A DNA stretch of 64,000 nt from Entomortierella parvispora E1425 (taxonomy: Eukaryota > Fungi > Mortierellomycota): NCBI GenBank assembly GCA_020891255.1, contig BQFW01000006.1:248001-312000 (forward strand). Direction: 5' to 3'. Shown piece after piece: positions 37,401 through 48,644 of the stretch. Within the stretch, counting starts at the first letter, position 1, and each line of letters opens with the position of its first letter. Position numbers and translations under genes: made by a program. The notes under the pieces were generated by a model. That model was given only the letters and a program-made list of their open reading frames with translations, made no database searches and was not told the DNA's origin.

Positions 37401-37864
37401 TAGCGGTCATATCGACGTTGGGGAGTCAGTTGACATTACAGGAGGCTGTTGTCCAGACCCTCGTTGCCACCCTCAAGGACGATGACTGGGAAGTTCGGCT
37501 AAATGCAGCATCCATATTGCTCAAACACTCTATCTTTCCAGTATTGGCCATCCAGTACCTCATTACAACACTCGGGAGCGGCGAACGGCACATCAGGAAT
37601 TCAGGCTCATACACTCTTCAAACTGAATACAAGTCAGTGTGCAATGTTCTTCCGTATCTCACAGAGGACGAGCTGGCTTGTCTTTATGAGAACCATTTAT
37701 TTCGCTATAGCTGCGACCATGTTTTGTCTTTACAGCTCCGAGACAACAAGCTGTGTTTCTACACCGAACAGGGTCCGTTAAACGTGGGACTCGCTAGCAG
37801 CGACAGAGGGGAGGCCATAGCTTCGGTTTTCAGGGCTGTTCAGCGCAAAGCTGGGCTGCTCTAA
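31492..37864 (+). CDS. NLR-like protein 2, tandem paralogue (3 exons, ~2069 aa, ~23 HEAT repeats)
   Basis: Exons 31492-31748, 31818-33310, 33405-37864. Same domains and intron phases as NLR1. Confidence 0.9.
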
Positions 37865-37868
37865 CCAC

Positions 37869-37899
<31 letters not shown>

Positions 37900-39435
37900 A
37901 GTATTCTGTTTTAGAATAAACCAACTACGACCATTATCAGAGCCTTCAGGAAGTTCGTTGCATGAAGTACAAAAAAGGCGCGGATTTCAGCTGCGACGAA
38001 AGTGGATCGTTGCCCCTCACGTTCTCGCGGAAACAAATCGTCATCACTCTTTAGCGAGTCTAGATGATCTGGGAGGAGGTTGAATGTGTCCATGCAGGGA
38101 CAGCACCTGTTTGGCCATTCGTTGCGTGTCGCCTGTACATATTGCCTTCCCGTGACCTGTGCATGTTGCACTTGCTTGCGTGCATAGAAAATGAGAACTA
38201 GTTCAAACCAGAAGAGATCAAAAAAAAAAAAAAAAAAAAAAAAGAATTGAAACGATCTGCTTATGTGTCGATGTTCCAGTGACAATAGTCGGGACATGGC
38301 GAGCGCAAGAAGAGTCGCAAGGAAAGCGAAGAGGAGGATAGCACAGAGGCAGGGGGATAAAGACGAAAACAAGGATGACAACGATAATGATGTAGAGGAT
38401 CCAAGCGGGGACTAGTCAAGAAGGAGCAAAGGTTCATAGAGATCTCGGGGGACTGAGCAAGATGTATCTGGAGAAGAAGGTGAGGGATATCTCTGTGACG
38501 TCTGCTTCATCTATCTGCTGCGTCTGGCGAACGGGAAGAACTTGTCGATGATTGAAGGACGATTGAAGGAACAAACAGCTTGTCTGAGCTGGTGATCAAG
38601 CAGGAGGGATAAGTCGGGAAAGAAAGAGAACGGCAAGTTTCATATGAGGCGAAAAAAAAATCATAATCAAAATCAAAAACTCGCCTTGTACATGTACATT
38701 TAGTTTTGTTCTGGTCCTCTGTTTTCTCACCTTCAGGAGCCCTCACTGAGGGACCTTGGACCAAACTTTTCTGTTGAAGGTGTCACGTCATCTCCATTGT
38801 ACTCTAACCGTTGGATTATATGACGCAACAAACAATTGTCGGCTTCAGTTACACACATTGACAAAGAGCACGTGGAAATTAACATTGCTGTTCTGATCGC
38901 TCAGGAGGAGAGGAAGATGAAGACGGACCACCGACCCGAACCAGATCCAGAGCCCACCAGGTGAAGCTCAGCAAGGACAAAGCGTGGGTTCTTGCCAAGA
39001 CAATGGTTGAACGGCGGCTGATGGATCCATTGGTAGTCTCCGAACCGCCGATTTGTGCCGGATACAAACGTCGCCAGGTTGAGGTCAGCACAGACCACTC
39101 GTCAGCTCTTGTCAAATAAACCCCCCTGGGATAGCGGCTGGTGCATTAAGCGACAACCTCTGCTGAAGGCTGTTTGGGGCGAGGACAAGGGCAGGGACAA
39201 AAGCGCTGGTGTTTCCAAGCCCCTCTGCGTCTCCCCCAGAGCCATCTTCACTGCAGCCCATGCTAGGTGCACACCTGCAAGTACGGCACAATCCTTGAAT
39301 CTGGCCAGTGTGTCTCTCCTACACAAATGGAAGATGCCCATCATCTACGCACCCCTGCCAGCAGGACGCATGTAATGTAGTATATCCTCATCCGTTCTTT
39401 GTTGAAAAAAAGAAAACGAAAAACGGAAATACAGA

Positions 39436-40956
39436 TCAAAACAGCAGCGGGCTCCAATTGGGCGAAGCACGTTATTCCCCCTGGCGTCTCTCCCGCCTGC
39501 TCTCCTCTTCTCGTCTTCTCGTGTCTCCATCACTCAATGCCCTGCCTGCATCGCTCCATTCCACCATCATTTCTCCATTACCCCTCTCTCATCCATGCAC
39601 ATTAGCCTCCATCACTCCCTCTCTCAGTCGGTGACTCAATGCATCTCTACATTCTCGTGCCATGGCCCGTTTAACAGCACTTGTGCAGACCACTGAGGTC
39701 CAAAAGGGTTGATCTCCTTCACAATTGCCCCCTTGGCTGCCTTAACCCGCTTTCAAAGAAGATCATTCACGCATGAGGTCAACTTTCGTAGCGGGACAAA
39801 TGATATAATGTTTATTCACCACCAACTTTGTAAAGTAGTTCCCTTTTTTTTTTTTTTTCGAAGTCCATTTTTTTTTTTTTGGTCAGAATTAAAGAGAGAA
39901 AACAAGAATTTTAATAGAGTGCTTTAAAAGGGAGTACTATGGAAGTGGAGGAGAGTGCTTTGGAAGGGAAGAGAGTGCTTTGGAGGTGGACGAGAGTGCT
40001 TTGGAAGTGGACGAGAGTGCTTTGGAAGTGGAAAAGAAGATTAGAAAAGGTAAGTTTCGAAGAAAAAAAATGGTTTGTGGAAGGGATAAAGTGAGTTGGC
40101 GTACCAAGTCCCCCGATGTTTGTTATAGATGCTGACGACTGCGTGCCATCACCACATCCCATCGGGATCATGGATTTGTGGAAGAAACAAAGAGCAGTAC
40201 CAAGTCCCCGATGTTCGCTGACGACTCTGAGCCATCACCTCATCACATCGGCATCATGGATTACCGCCCACTATCCTAACTACACTAGGGCTAAGCTAAC
40301 TAGTCTAGAAGCGAAGGAAGGGGGAAGGAAGAAAAGGAAGTTTTCTCTCTTGATTCTTGATTCTTGTTTCTTTTTCTTGTTTCTTGTTTCTTGGATGGGG
40401 AGCCCAAGACCAAAGAGGGCAGGGAGGCAACTGCGTTGGAGAGGCAGGCCAGGTGGTCTTGAGGGCCAAGGTCAAGTCTGAAAACGTTAGACGACCTTGA
40501 GGCCGAGGGAGGCCGAGGCTTGGGCCGGAGCAGGCAGGCGGGCAGGCGGTCTTGTGGCCGAGGCAGGTCTTGAGGGCCAAGGTCAAGCCAAGAGAAGGCA
40601 CACAACTTTGTGGCCGAGGCTTGAACTTGCAAGGGTGGGCAGGTTTGCGGCCAAAGACTTGAAAGGACGGGCAGGTTTGCGGCCAGAGTCTTGGAAGGGT
40701 AGGCAGGTGTCTTGGAAGAGCAGGTGAGGTGGGCCGGGAAATCAAGACCATTGGGACCGGGGTCAAGGAGGGCAGGGCCGAGGCTGAAGAGCCGATGTCG
40801 TTGGACCGGAGACACTTGTTGCTGGCCGAGGGGAGGATGGCAGCATGGTGGTGTGTGCTTAGTATGCTTTGTGTGTGTGGAAGGGGAGTGAAGAAGAAAT
40901 GAAGGATGAGGAGCAAAAAAAGAAGGGGATTGTGAGGGGGTATTTGTATGAAAGTG
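39436..40956. repeat. Left arm of ~1.5-kb inverted repeat
   Basis: Reverse complement of 41356-42847. Inner part nearly identical, outer ~100 bp more diverged. Contains 4 tandem gagagtgctttggaagtgga-type units. Confidence 0.93.
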
Positions 40957-41355
40957 GATTGTTCGGATGGGCCGTTGTTTTGTTTTCATCCGCCAAGCCA
41001 TCATTGTTTTTCAGAATTTCACCAAATTTCAAAAAAAAAGCGAAAACGCGTCGCCATCTACCACCTTATTTTCATCCTCCGTGGCAAAAATGGCCCGTTC
41101 ACGCGTGGTCAGTTCCCTTATTTTCATTCTCCATGGCAAAATGGCACGTCTGATCTCGCGTCCACGGGCAGTCAGTTCCCTTATTTTCCACTCCTCGCCA
41201 AAAGTTAACGTCTGCTCGTTGGCCTATCTTTTCTTTCACATGTTTCGGCGGGCTAATCGCAACCCTTCCTTCGCTGTTGTCTTATCCTTGTGCCAATCGA
41301 TTTCCTCCCTCCCTCATGTCGCCATGTCGTGGGGGGCCGCAGTCGATAAGTTAAA

Positions 41356-42847
41356 CACTTTTCATACAAATACCCCCTCACAATCCCCTTCTTTTTTTGC
41401 TCCTCATCCTTCATTTCTTCTTCACTCCCCTTCCACACACACAAAGCATACTAAGCACACACCACCATGCTGCCATCCTCCCCTCGGCCAGCAACAAGTG
41501 TCTCCGGTCCAACGACATCGGCTCTTCAGCCTCGGCCCTGCCCTCCTTGACCCCGGTCCCAATGGTCTTGATTTCCCGGCCCACCTCACCTGCTCTTCCA
41601 AGACACCTGCCTACCCTTCCAAGACTCTGGCCGCAAACCTGCCCGTCCTTTCAAGTCTTTGGCCGCAAACCTGCCCACCCTTGCAAGTTCAAGCCTCGGC
41701 CACAAAGTTGTGTGCCTTCTCTTGGCTTGACCTTGGCCCTCAAGACCTGCCTCGGCCACAAGACCGCCTGCCCGCCTGCCTGCTCCGGCCCAAGCCTCGG
41801 CCTCCCTCGGCCTCAAGGTCGTCTAACGTTTTCAGACTTGACCTTGGCCCTCAAGACCACCTGGCCTGCCTCTCCAACGCAGTTGCCTCCCTGCCCTCTT
41901 TGGTCTTGGGCCCCCCATCCAAGAAACAAGAAACAAGAAAAAGAAACAAGAGTCAAGAATCAAGAGAGAAAACCTCCTTTTCTTCCTCCCCCCTTCCTTC
42001 GCTTCTAGACTAGTTAGCTTAGCCCTAGTGTAGTTAGGATAGTGGGCGGTAATCCATGATGCCGATGTGATGAGGTGATGGCTCAGAGTCGTCAGCGAAC
42101 ATCGGGGACTTGGTACTGCTCTTAGTTTCTTCCACAAATCCATGATCCCGATGGGATGTGGTGATGGCACGCAGTCGTCAGCATCTATAACAAACATCGG
42201 GGGACTTGGTACGCCTACTCACTTTATCCCTTCCACAAACCATTTTTTTTCTTCGAAACTTACCTTTTCTAATCTTCTTTTCCACTTCCAAAGCACTCTC
42301 GTCCACCTCCAAAGCACTCTCTTCCCTTCCAAAGCACTCTCTTCCACTTCCATAGTACTCCCTTTTAAAGCACTCTATTAAAATTCTTGTTTTCTCTCTT
42401 TAATTCTGACCAAAAAAAAAAAAATGGACTTCGAAAAAAAAAAAAAAAAGGGAACTACTTTACAAAGTTGGTGGTGAATAAACATTATATCATTTGTTCC
42501 GCTACGAAAGTTGACCTCATGCGTGAATGATCTTCTTTGAAAGCGGGTTAAGGCAGCCAAGGGGGCAATTGTGAAGGAGATCAACCCTTTTGGACCTCAG
42601 TGGTCTGCACAAGTGCTGTTAAACGGGCCATGGCACGAGAATGTAGAGATGCATTGAGTCACTGACTGAGAGAGGGAGTGATGGAGGCTAATGTGCATGG
42701 ATGAGAGAGGGGTGATGGAGAAATGATGGTGGAATGGAGCGATGCAGGCAGGTCATTGAGTGATGGAGACACAAGAAGAGGAGAGTAGGCGGGAGAGACG
42801 CCAGGGGAGAAAAACGCGCTTCGCCCATTTTGAGCCCGCTGTTGTTT
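41356..42847. repeat. Right arm of ~1.5-kb inverted repeat
   Basis: Mirror of 39436-40956, with 3 tandem units instead of 4 and scattered SNPs. Confidence 0.93.
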
Positions 42848-43049
42848 CGCTGATCTTTTTTTTTGTCCTCTTGTGCACGGTCCAAGTCCGATGTCCGATT
42901 CATTTTTAGAAATGAACGTGAGGCCCTAGGGGTTTCATAATGGCATGGGTCTGGGCGACATTGTGTGGTGTGGATTGTATCTATCAAGATTATACCTTTT
43001 TTTTATTTGACGACAATGACTGCCAGCAGTATTGTGCGCTCATTCTAAG

Positions 43050-43250
43050 TAATTGATTTTCTTAGAGCTCTCTCTCTCTCTCTTTCTCTCTCTACACCGA
43101 CAACAAAGTCTGGGATCGACAGAAGGAGGTAGATCAGGTTGTATTTGACACGCTCATCAAATGCGGTGCCCCATAATGCAGGCATGTTAATTCTACATCT
43201 ATGGTCACCAAGGACCCGGCCCCAAGAGTCCAGTACTAATTCAACTTCTT
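43050..43250 (+). pseudogene. NLR3 relic: end of ARM exon plus following intron
   Basis: LYTDNKVWDRQKEVDQVVFD matches NLR1 LYTDSTIWNRQKEADQVIFD. The intron resembles 26547-26635. A (TC)n expansion interrupts the exon. Confidence 0.8.
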
Positions 43251-44174
43251 TCCGATAGACCTTGCAACCTGGAAGTAGCAATTATCTGAAGAAACCATAA
43301 TGATAGCCCGTACTAGTAAGGAATCAAGCAAGAAAAACAAGTTAAACAGCAGGTTCTGTGGGAGATAGTGTACTGTTCATGACATTGTTCTCGACAAGAT
43401 GAATCGGTTAATCCTTACCTTGCTGCTTGTGTGAGTCATGTCACCATTTCACTTGCGTCGTGAAGTTGGACAAGGTGAAGAGCTGCGTTTGCGTGGCTGG
43501 CTCGACATCATCTCCTCCAAACTGATGATTTTTCTCTTTTTTGTTGGTGTCAGGACTACGACACACTCAAAGGGATCTTTCCCCTGTCAACTCTCTGTCC
43601 ATTGATCCTGATCTTCCACGAGGATATCGAAACCTCTCTTGCTCCAGCTGCCGTTACTCCTTTGCCTCTACAATTTCTTCACCTTGTTTCTCCAGATTCG
43701 ACTAAAGACAGACAGTTGTTAGGCCAAAATCATTGGTGATAGAACCAAGAGAGAGTTACTTGAAATATGAAATATAAATGAAATCCACCTACAATATAGT
43801 TGAATAGAATGGCCAGCGACCTGTCTTGAAGGAAGGGCATTAGCACCCCGCGCGACCGTAGGGGCTGCACGGTGCTGGTTGTTGTCGCTCATGCAATCGC
43901 AATTTCGCCCTGGTCAAGGTCGCCCATGTAGGTCACCCGATAAAATGACCCGATGAAGCCTGACAAACCAATGGAGGTCACAGCGCAGAGTGAACAATGT
44001 GAGAAACCTCCTTTTATACTTCAAGTCCTGTGCAATTCCCAAGGTTACGCGGGGCTCTTATCTCACTCATGCAAGACAAGTTACCTGCCATGCTGTTCAT
44101 GTTCAACTACGTTTTTCGTGGATCTTCGTGCTACTATAGATCCTACCATCTACTGGCACCTCTATGGTGACACT

Positions 44175-44240
44175 CCTATCTCTTTGTCCGCCACAGACGA
44201 GATAAAAGTAACTATAAGTTCAAATTGTAGAGGTGGGAGG
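44175..44240 (-). ncRNA. Orphan copy of the candidate omegaRNA scaffold / right end
   Basis: Minus strand reads cctcccacctctacaatttgaacttatagttacttttatctcgtctgtggcggacaaagagatagg. Versus 6398-6464 it has 4 substitutions outside the loop and a changed loop (gcta to tgg). Homology stops after gagatagg. Confidence 0.6.
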
Positions 44241-44659
44241 TGGTTGGAAGCTGCGGCGGTTGATTTTGGTGTTGTCACCATTATGCTATTATAGTAGAGC
44301 TTCGTCAACAACTCATAGATTTGGTGGCTAAACTCATGTTCCAGCTCACTACGCGGAGTGTTGAGGACCTTTTGTTCTGTCTAGTACTAGTTCTGTCGAT
44401 AGGGCTATGAGTGGTTGGCTTCTGGGGTGACCCAAGTCGAAGAAGCTAGGATTTGTCGCGATTACGATGGGTAAGGGATGCCTGCATAAAGACTGAGAAC
44501 ATAAAAGTTTGCTTGATGGGTGCTAGATCACGATCACGAAGGTTGTTTGATGAAGATTGATCTCTCAGGACAATCCGCGCCATGTACGTCACCGAATGCA
44601 ATTGTCGCCAGAATGTTGTGGGGCAGGCCACACATGGAATGCTTGTCTCGGCTATGATC

Positions 44660-45048
44660 ACTCCTTCAAGGACACAAATGCAGACGTCCGGTCTTCAGTG
44701 ATGTTGGCATTAAGCACGCGGCCCACATTGCATAGATCGGCCGTACAGTTTCTCATTGCTGTACTCAAAGAGAATACTGGACGTTACGCCTCAACGATTC
44801 TCCAGTCTCAATGCCACTCATTGTACACTTCGCTTCCATATCTGACGGGAAGTGAACTGGCTTGTCTTTATGAGAATCATCTATTTAGCTATGGCTGCAA
44901 TCATGTTTTGTCTTTACAAATACGAGATGGCAAATTGGTTCTCTACACAGAGAAAGGCATACTGCAAATAGAACTCATTGGCAACGACCAAGAGGAGACC
45001 ATATCATCGACTTTCAGAGCCGTCCAACACAAAGCTGGTCTAACCTGA
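44660..45048 (+). pseudogene. NLR3 relic: last HEAT repeats and C-terminus
   Basis: KDTNADVRSSVMLALS...ELACLYENHLF...FRAVQHKAGLT* matches the NLR1/2 C-termini. Confidence 0.88.
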
Positions 45049-45104
45049 AATAAACCGCGAAAGCACTCAATTTTTTTGGGCCCATTTTTTTTTTTTTACA
45101 TCGA

Positions 45105-46810
45105 TCAAGCATTCACCCAGTAACAGCTTGTCATATGCGGCCATATTCTCAATATCATTTGACCCACAACATGTTTTCGAATCTGGCTTGCATCATGGAA
45201 AGGACCTGTAAATTCCAAAAGTCCTCCCTTCAAGCCTAGACAAACTGTCGGATCCAGACCATAATCAGTTCTGAAGGATGACGATGAGCAAAGATAGAGT
45301 TCCTCGAGGCTCTCCAGTTGCATGAGTTGTGCAAACATTCGGTAGCGGTCAATAGTCCAAATATTAGCTCCGGTCTGAAGAGCGATATGGAGGACACGGA
45401 GTCGACGACATACCCAAGGAAACTGTGGACACGGCAAATCACACGACAATGAAGATGACGATGACAAAGTCGTGGAAGAAGCGTTGTTGCTGGCAACGAA
45501 ATCTCTGGAGAGGAGAAGAGCCTTGTAGTCTTCGAAATCGAGACTACTTTCCTGGACAAGATCCCTCAAATCCATCGGATACCAGTTGCAACGGAGTTCG
45601 ACCAGTAAGGGACACAAATTCAAGATTTGGTGAATCTCAAAGGGTCGACCTGGTGTCCTTCTAATTGTCCATCCCCCCAGAGACTTGCTTAAATTCAGGA
45701 CTTGCAGTGAGTCGAAATGTCGATGCATAGCCTGCCATGTCAAAAACCCGTGGTGGCATCCATGTTGCAGCTCGAGCCGTTGTAATGGGTTCGGGCATTT
45801 CTTCAGCGCCTGAGCGATATGCTCATCTCGAAAGAGACAATGGTGGTCAGCATCAATTTGTGATAGTCCGATGGCCTTGAGTCGAGGCCAGTTTCTACTA
45901 ATGAGCCATCTGCTTTGGTCCTTGGTAAGGTCTTCACCGTCAGAGTCGTTGTGATCAAGAATTGCGACAAGGGCCGCGAGGAAGCCAAGGCAGGTCTCCC
46001 CAAACTACTCTGAAGGGATGAAGATTGGTCCAGAGTCCAGGAGATCGATTCGAGGTTGGGGCATTGCTCAAATAGCAGTAGCTCATCGCTCCATGAGTGG
46101 TTGTTCAAGATACCTGTCACGCTCAGTTCTCGCAATTTTGGAAAGCAGGGTTGGTCCCTGCTACTGACGCCACCCCTGTTTCCTGTATCTCCCCCTTCCT
46201 CGCCGCCTGACGTGATCATCCATGGGCAAGTGCGCAAATCGGTCGGCTGGGTCTATGCCCATTCCAGCTTGGTCAGTCGTGGCATGAAGTGCCTCGAGAA
46301 TATGCGATAAAACTCCATTGCCGACGAGGACAGTACGGGCACATCAATGCTCAGATCCGTTATTCGAGGGCAAGATAGGGCCATTGATCTCAGCAGCATC
46401 ACCTCATCCGTCGCATCCCCGCCAGCGCCCGCAGTCTCAAACTCTGACACTGACAAAGATGCGCTCACGAGCTTGGGGTTTCTTTCCAGTAGCTGGACGA
46501 AAAACTTTGAGTCCTTGTCCGTAAAGCTGTGGATCTTGAGACGTCGCAGGTTCAGACATTGCTCCAGGATTTTGTTTTGTTCGTTGCAAGAGCTGACAGA
46601 GATGCCAACCAGACTGAGGTCGCGCACGTGGTGGAGGTTATCTTGAAAGTAGGGCCACTGCAGACGGTAGGCGGGAAGGCTGTTGTCAGCCTCATAATAG
46701 AGAAACGGGGTGAAAGACGCGCGCCAGAGCTTGCAGACGAGGATGCACGAGGTCAGGTCGTGGCTGTTGAGCAGCAAGCCGATTTGCAGATGAATTTCGG
46801 GAAGATTCAT
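45105..46810 (-). pseudogene. F-box/LRR-like gene with an in-frame stop and a frameshift
   Basis: N-terminal LPEIHLQIGLLL..DLTSCILVCKLW. TAG at 46255-46253 with the frame continuing beyond it. Frameshift near 45955 into NWPRLKAIGL..CPNPLQRL..PWVCRRLRVL. Confidence 0.75.
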
Positions 46811-47128
46811 GAGATGGAATGAAGAATCAATGGTGAAATGGCAAAGAGAAGGACATTTGCTGGCAGAAGAAAATGGGGGCACAAGACCCTCTCATTCTAC
46901 TTGGTGGCTGTTTGTTGGGCTAGATCAACAAAAGGGGGCTTTTCCCTTGGCAGTCGCGTCCACCACACGTCTGGTCTCTTTCCCTTGGAGAACGCTATTC
47001 CCCACCATGCCCCAAATATCCACTTGTGTGATCCTTCTTTAACTCCTTCCTCTCTGTGCAGTGAGCTGATTTACCAAGCGTTGTTGATGTATTATTAGTG
47101 TTTTTAAAGGGGTCTACCGCGACTTGGT

Positions 47129-48344
47129 CTAATGTTGCTCCTTGAAGGTTGGCCATTGTTGAGGGCCAGGGTATTCGATACGGCGATGGATACGCTGGTC
47201 AATTTCCAGATAATCAGGCTCGTTCTCTGGCGTCAGAACAGCATGACGGATCATAAAGTGCAGGCAGACACAGGCACAGTTAGGTTTGAACTCGCCTGCA
47301 CGAATAGCCTCCAGTACTTCCTCCATGGTCCATAGACGGAAGTTTTGAACCTCACTATCACAAGGTGTTGGTGTAAAGTCCTGAGGCAGCTCCAAGTCAT
47401 ATACGATCTGTCGTGTTTTGTTAGGAAAAAAAGGAGGGCGGTTAGAAAAAAAAAATAAAAAAAACGGGAGTCATCGTTTGTTGTTCATCACCTGAGTCTC
47501 TGGCTGGGTCTCACGGCGATCTCCAGACAGCTTTGTATATGAAATCGTTCCAACTGGCGTCGCTTTCCTTGCAATCTCTTCCGGGATCGTGGCCTCTTCC
47601 ATGGATTCTTTCAGAACTGTGTAGCTCGGTGAGTGGCCGAATCCCATGCCTCCTGCGACCATGTTATCGAGCATTCCTGGGTATGTAGGTTTCGTCAAGG
47701 ATCGACGGGCCACCCACATCTTTACATCCTGAGGACGACCTCCTGTTCGCACAAAGCCGTTCATGTGAATTCCATAGGCGTGTACACCAAAGATCCCGCA
47801 GGCAGACCGTTCAATCGCCAGAGCAGCGCCTCCCTTGGTCTTCGAAGGGTCTGTCTTGGAAGGGTGTGAGTAAACGCCATAGAGCTCATCTCTCCATCCC
47901 TTCAAACAGGGGAAAGTCTCAATATCATTGACTCTCCAGTGGTTCTAAGAAGGTGCATCGATCCAAAAAAAAAGATGAGTTTCTGTTCACCCGGAGCACA
48001 GATCGATAGTCAATCCTTCCAACGTAGCAAAATATGAGAAAACAAGAACTAGAACAGTGATAGAAACTAACCAGCATCTGAGCAATAGCATCGGAGCGCG
48101 AGTCATAGTCGTTGAGCCAGGGCATGAACGAGACCGTGTTTTCGGTCAGGTAGAAGACGGGGCGGTCGAGCTGGTTATACGCGGCGAGATGGGGGACGGC
48201 TGAGGCATGGATGCGGCCGATGGGCTGGGTGTCGACGACAAAGTCGAAAAATTCGAGCTCGGCCAGTCGGGGGTCCGAGGGGTGTGGGAATCCGTCGCAC
48301 CTGTCGACGATCTGGAGGAGGGAGAAGCGAGGAGGTGCAGCCAT
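47129..48344 (-). CDS. Nudix hydrolase, YJR142W / thiamine-pyrophosphokinase-related type (multi-exon)
   Basis: GWRDELYGVY, IERSACGIFGV, WVARRSLTKPTYPGMLDNMVAGG, ESMEEA, FKPNCA. Confidence 0.88.
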
Positions 48345-48644
48345 GGTTGGGTGAATGAAGATGCAGACAGAGAGCAGACAGAGAGCAGACTGTGCCAGGG
48401 CAGAGTCAGACCAAAAAGACAACGGCGCGTTCGTTCGTTCGTTCGTTCCGCTTGAAGCGGTCACAGTCACGTGCAGAATGGAGGCGCAAGTCCGCCTGGC
48501 TGGCGCAGACAGACAGACAGACAGACAGACGTGCATGCAAGCGCATGCGCGTGTGCCTGCCTCTCTTTCTCTGCTTTGCCTCTCCCATCCACTCATCCAT
48601 CCCCTCCTCTTCTTCCACCCTTTCGCTTGCACATCTACCCAACA
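48345..48644. promoter_or_regulatory. Likely bidirectional promoter (Nudix / CSN4)
   Basis: 300 bp between divergent ATGs. Confidence 0.55.

Noticed and set aside
39951-40032. 20-21 bp repeats as a CRISPR array
   Set aside because: Head-to-tail tandem units with no unique spacers, in a eukaryotic context.
40300-42013. 200-350 aa ORFs in the inverted-repeat arms
   Set aside because: Low complexity, open in several frames, no motifs; explained by base composition.
39436-42847. Inverted repeat as a pure assembly artefact
   Set aside because: The arms differ by SNPs, one subrepeat unit and a diverged outer edge, which a read-foldback artefact would not normally produce; still needs long-read confirmation.
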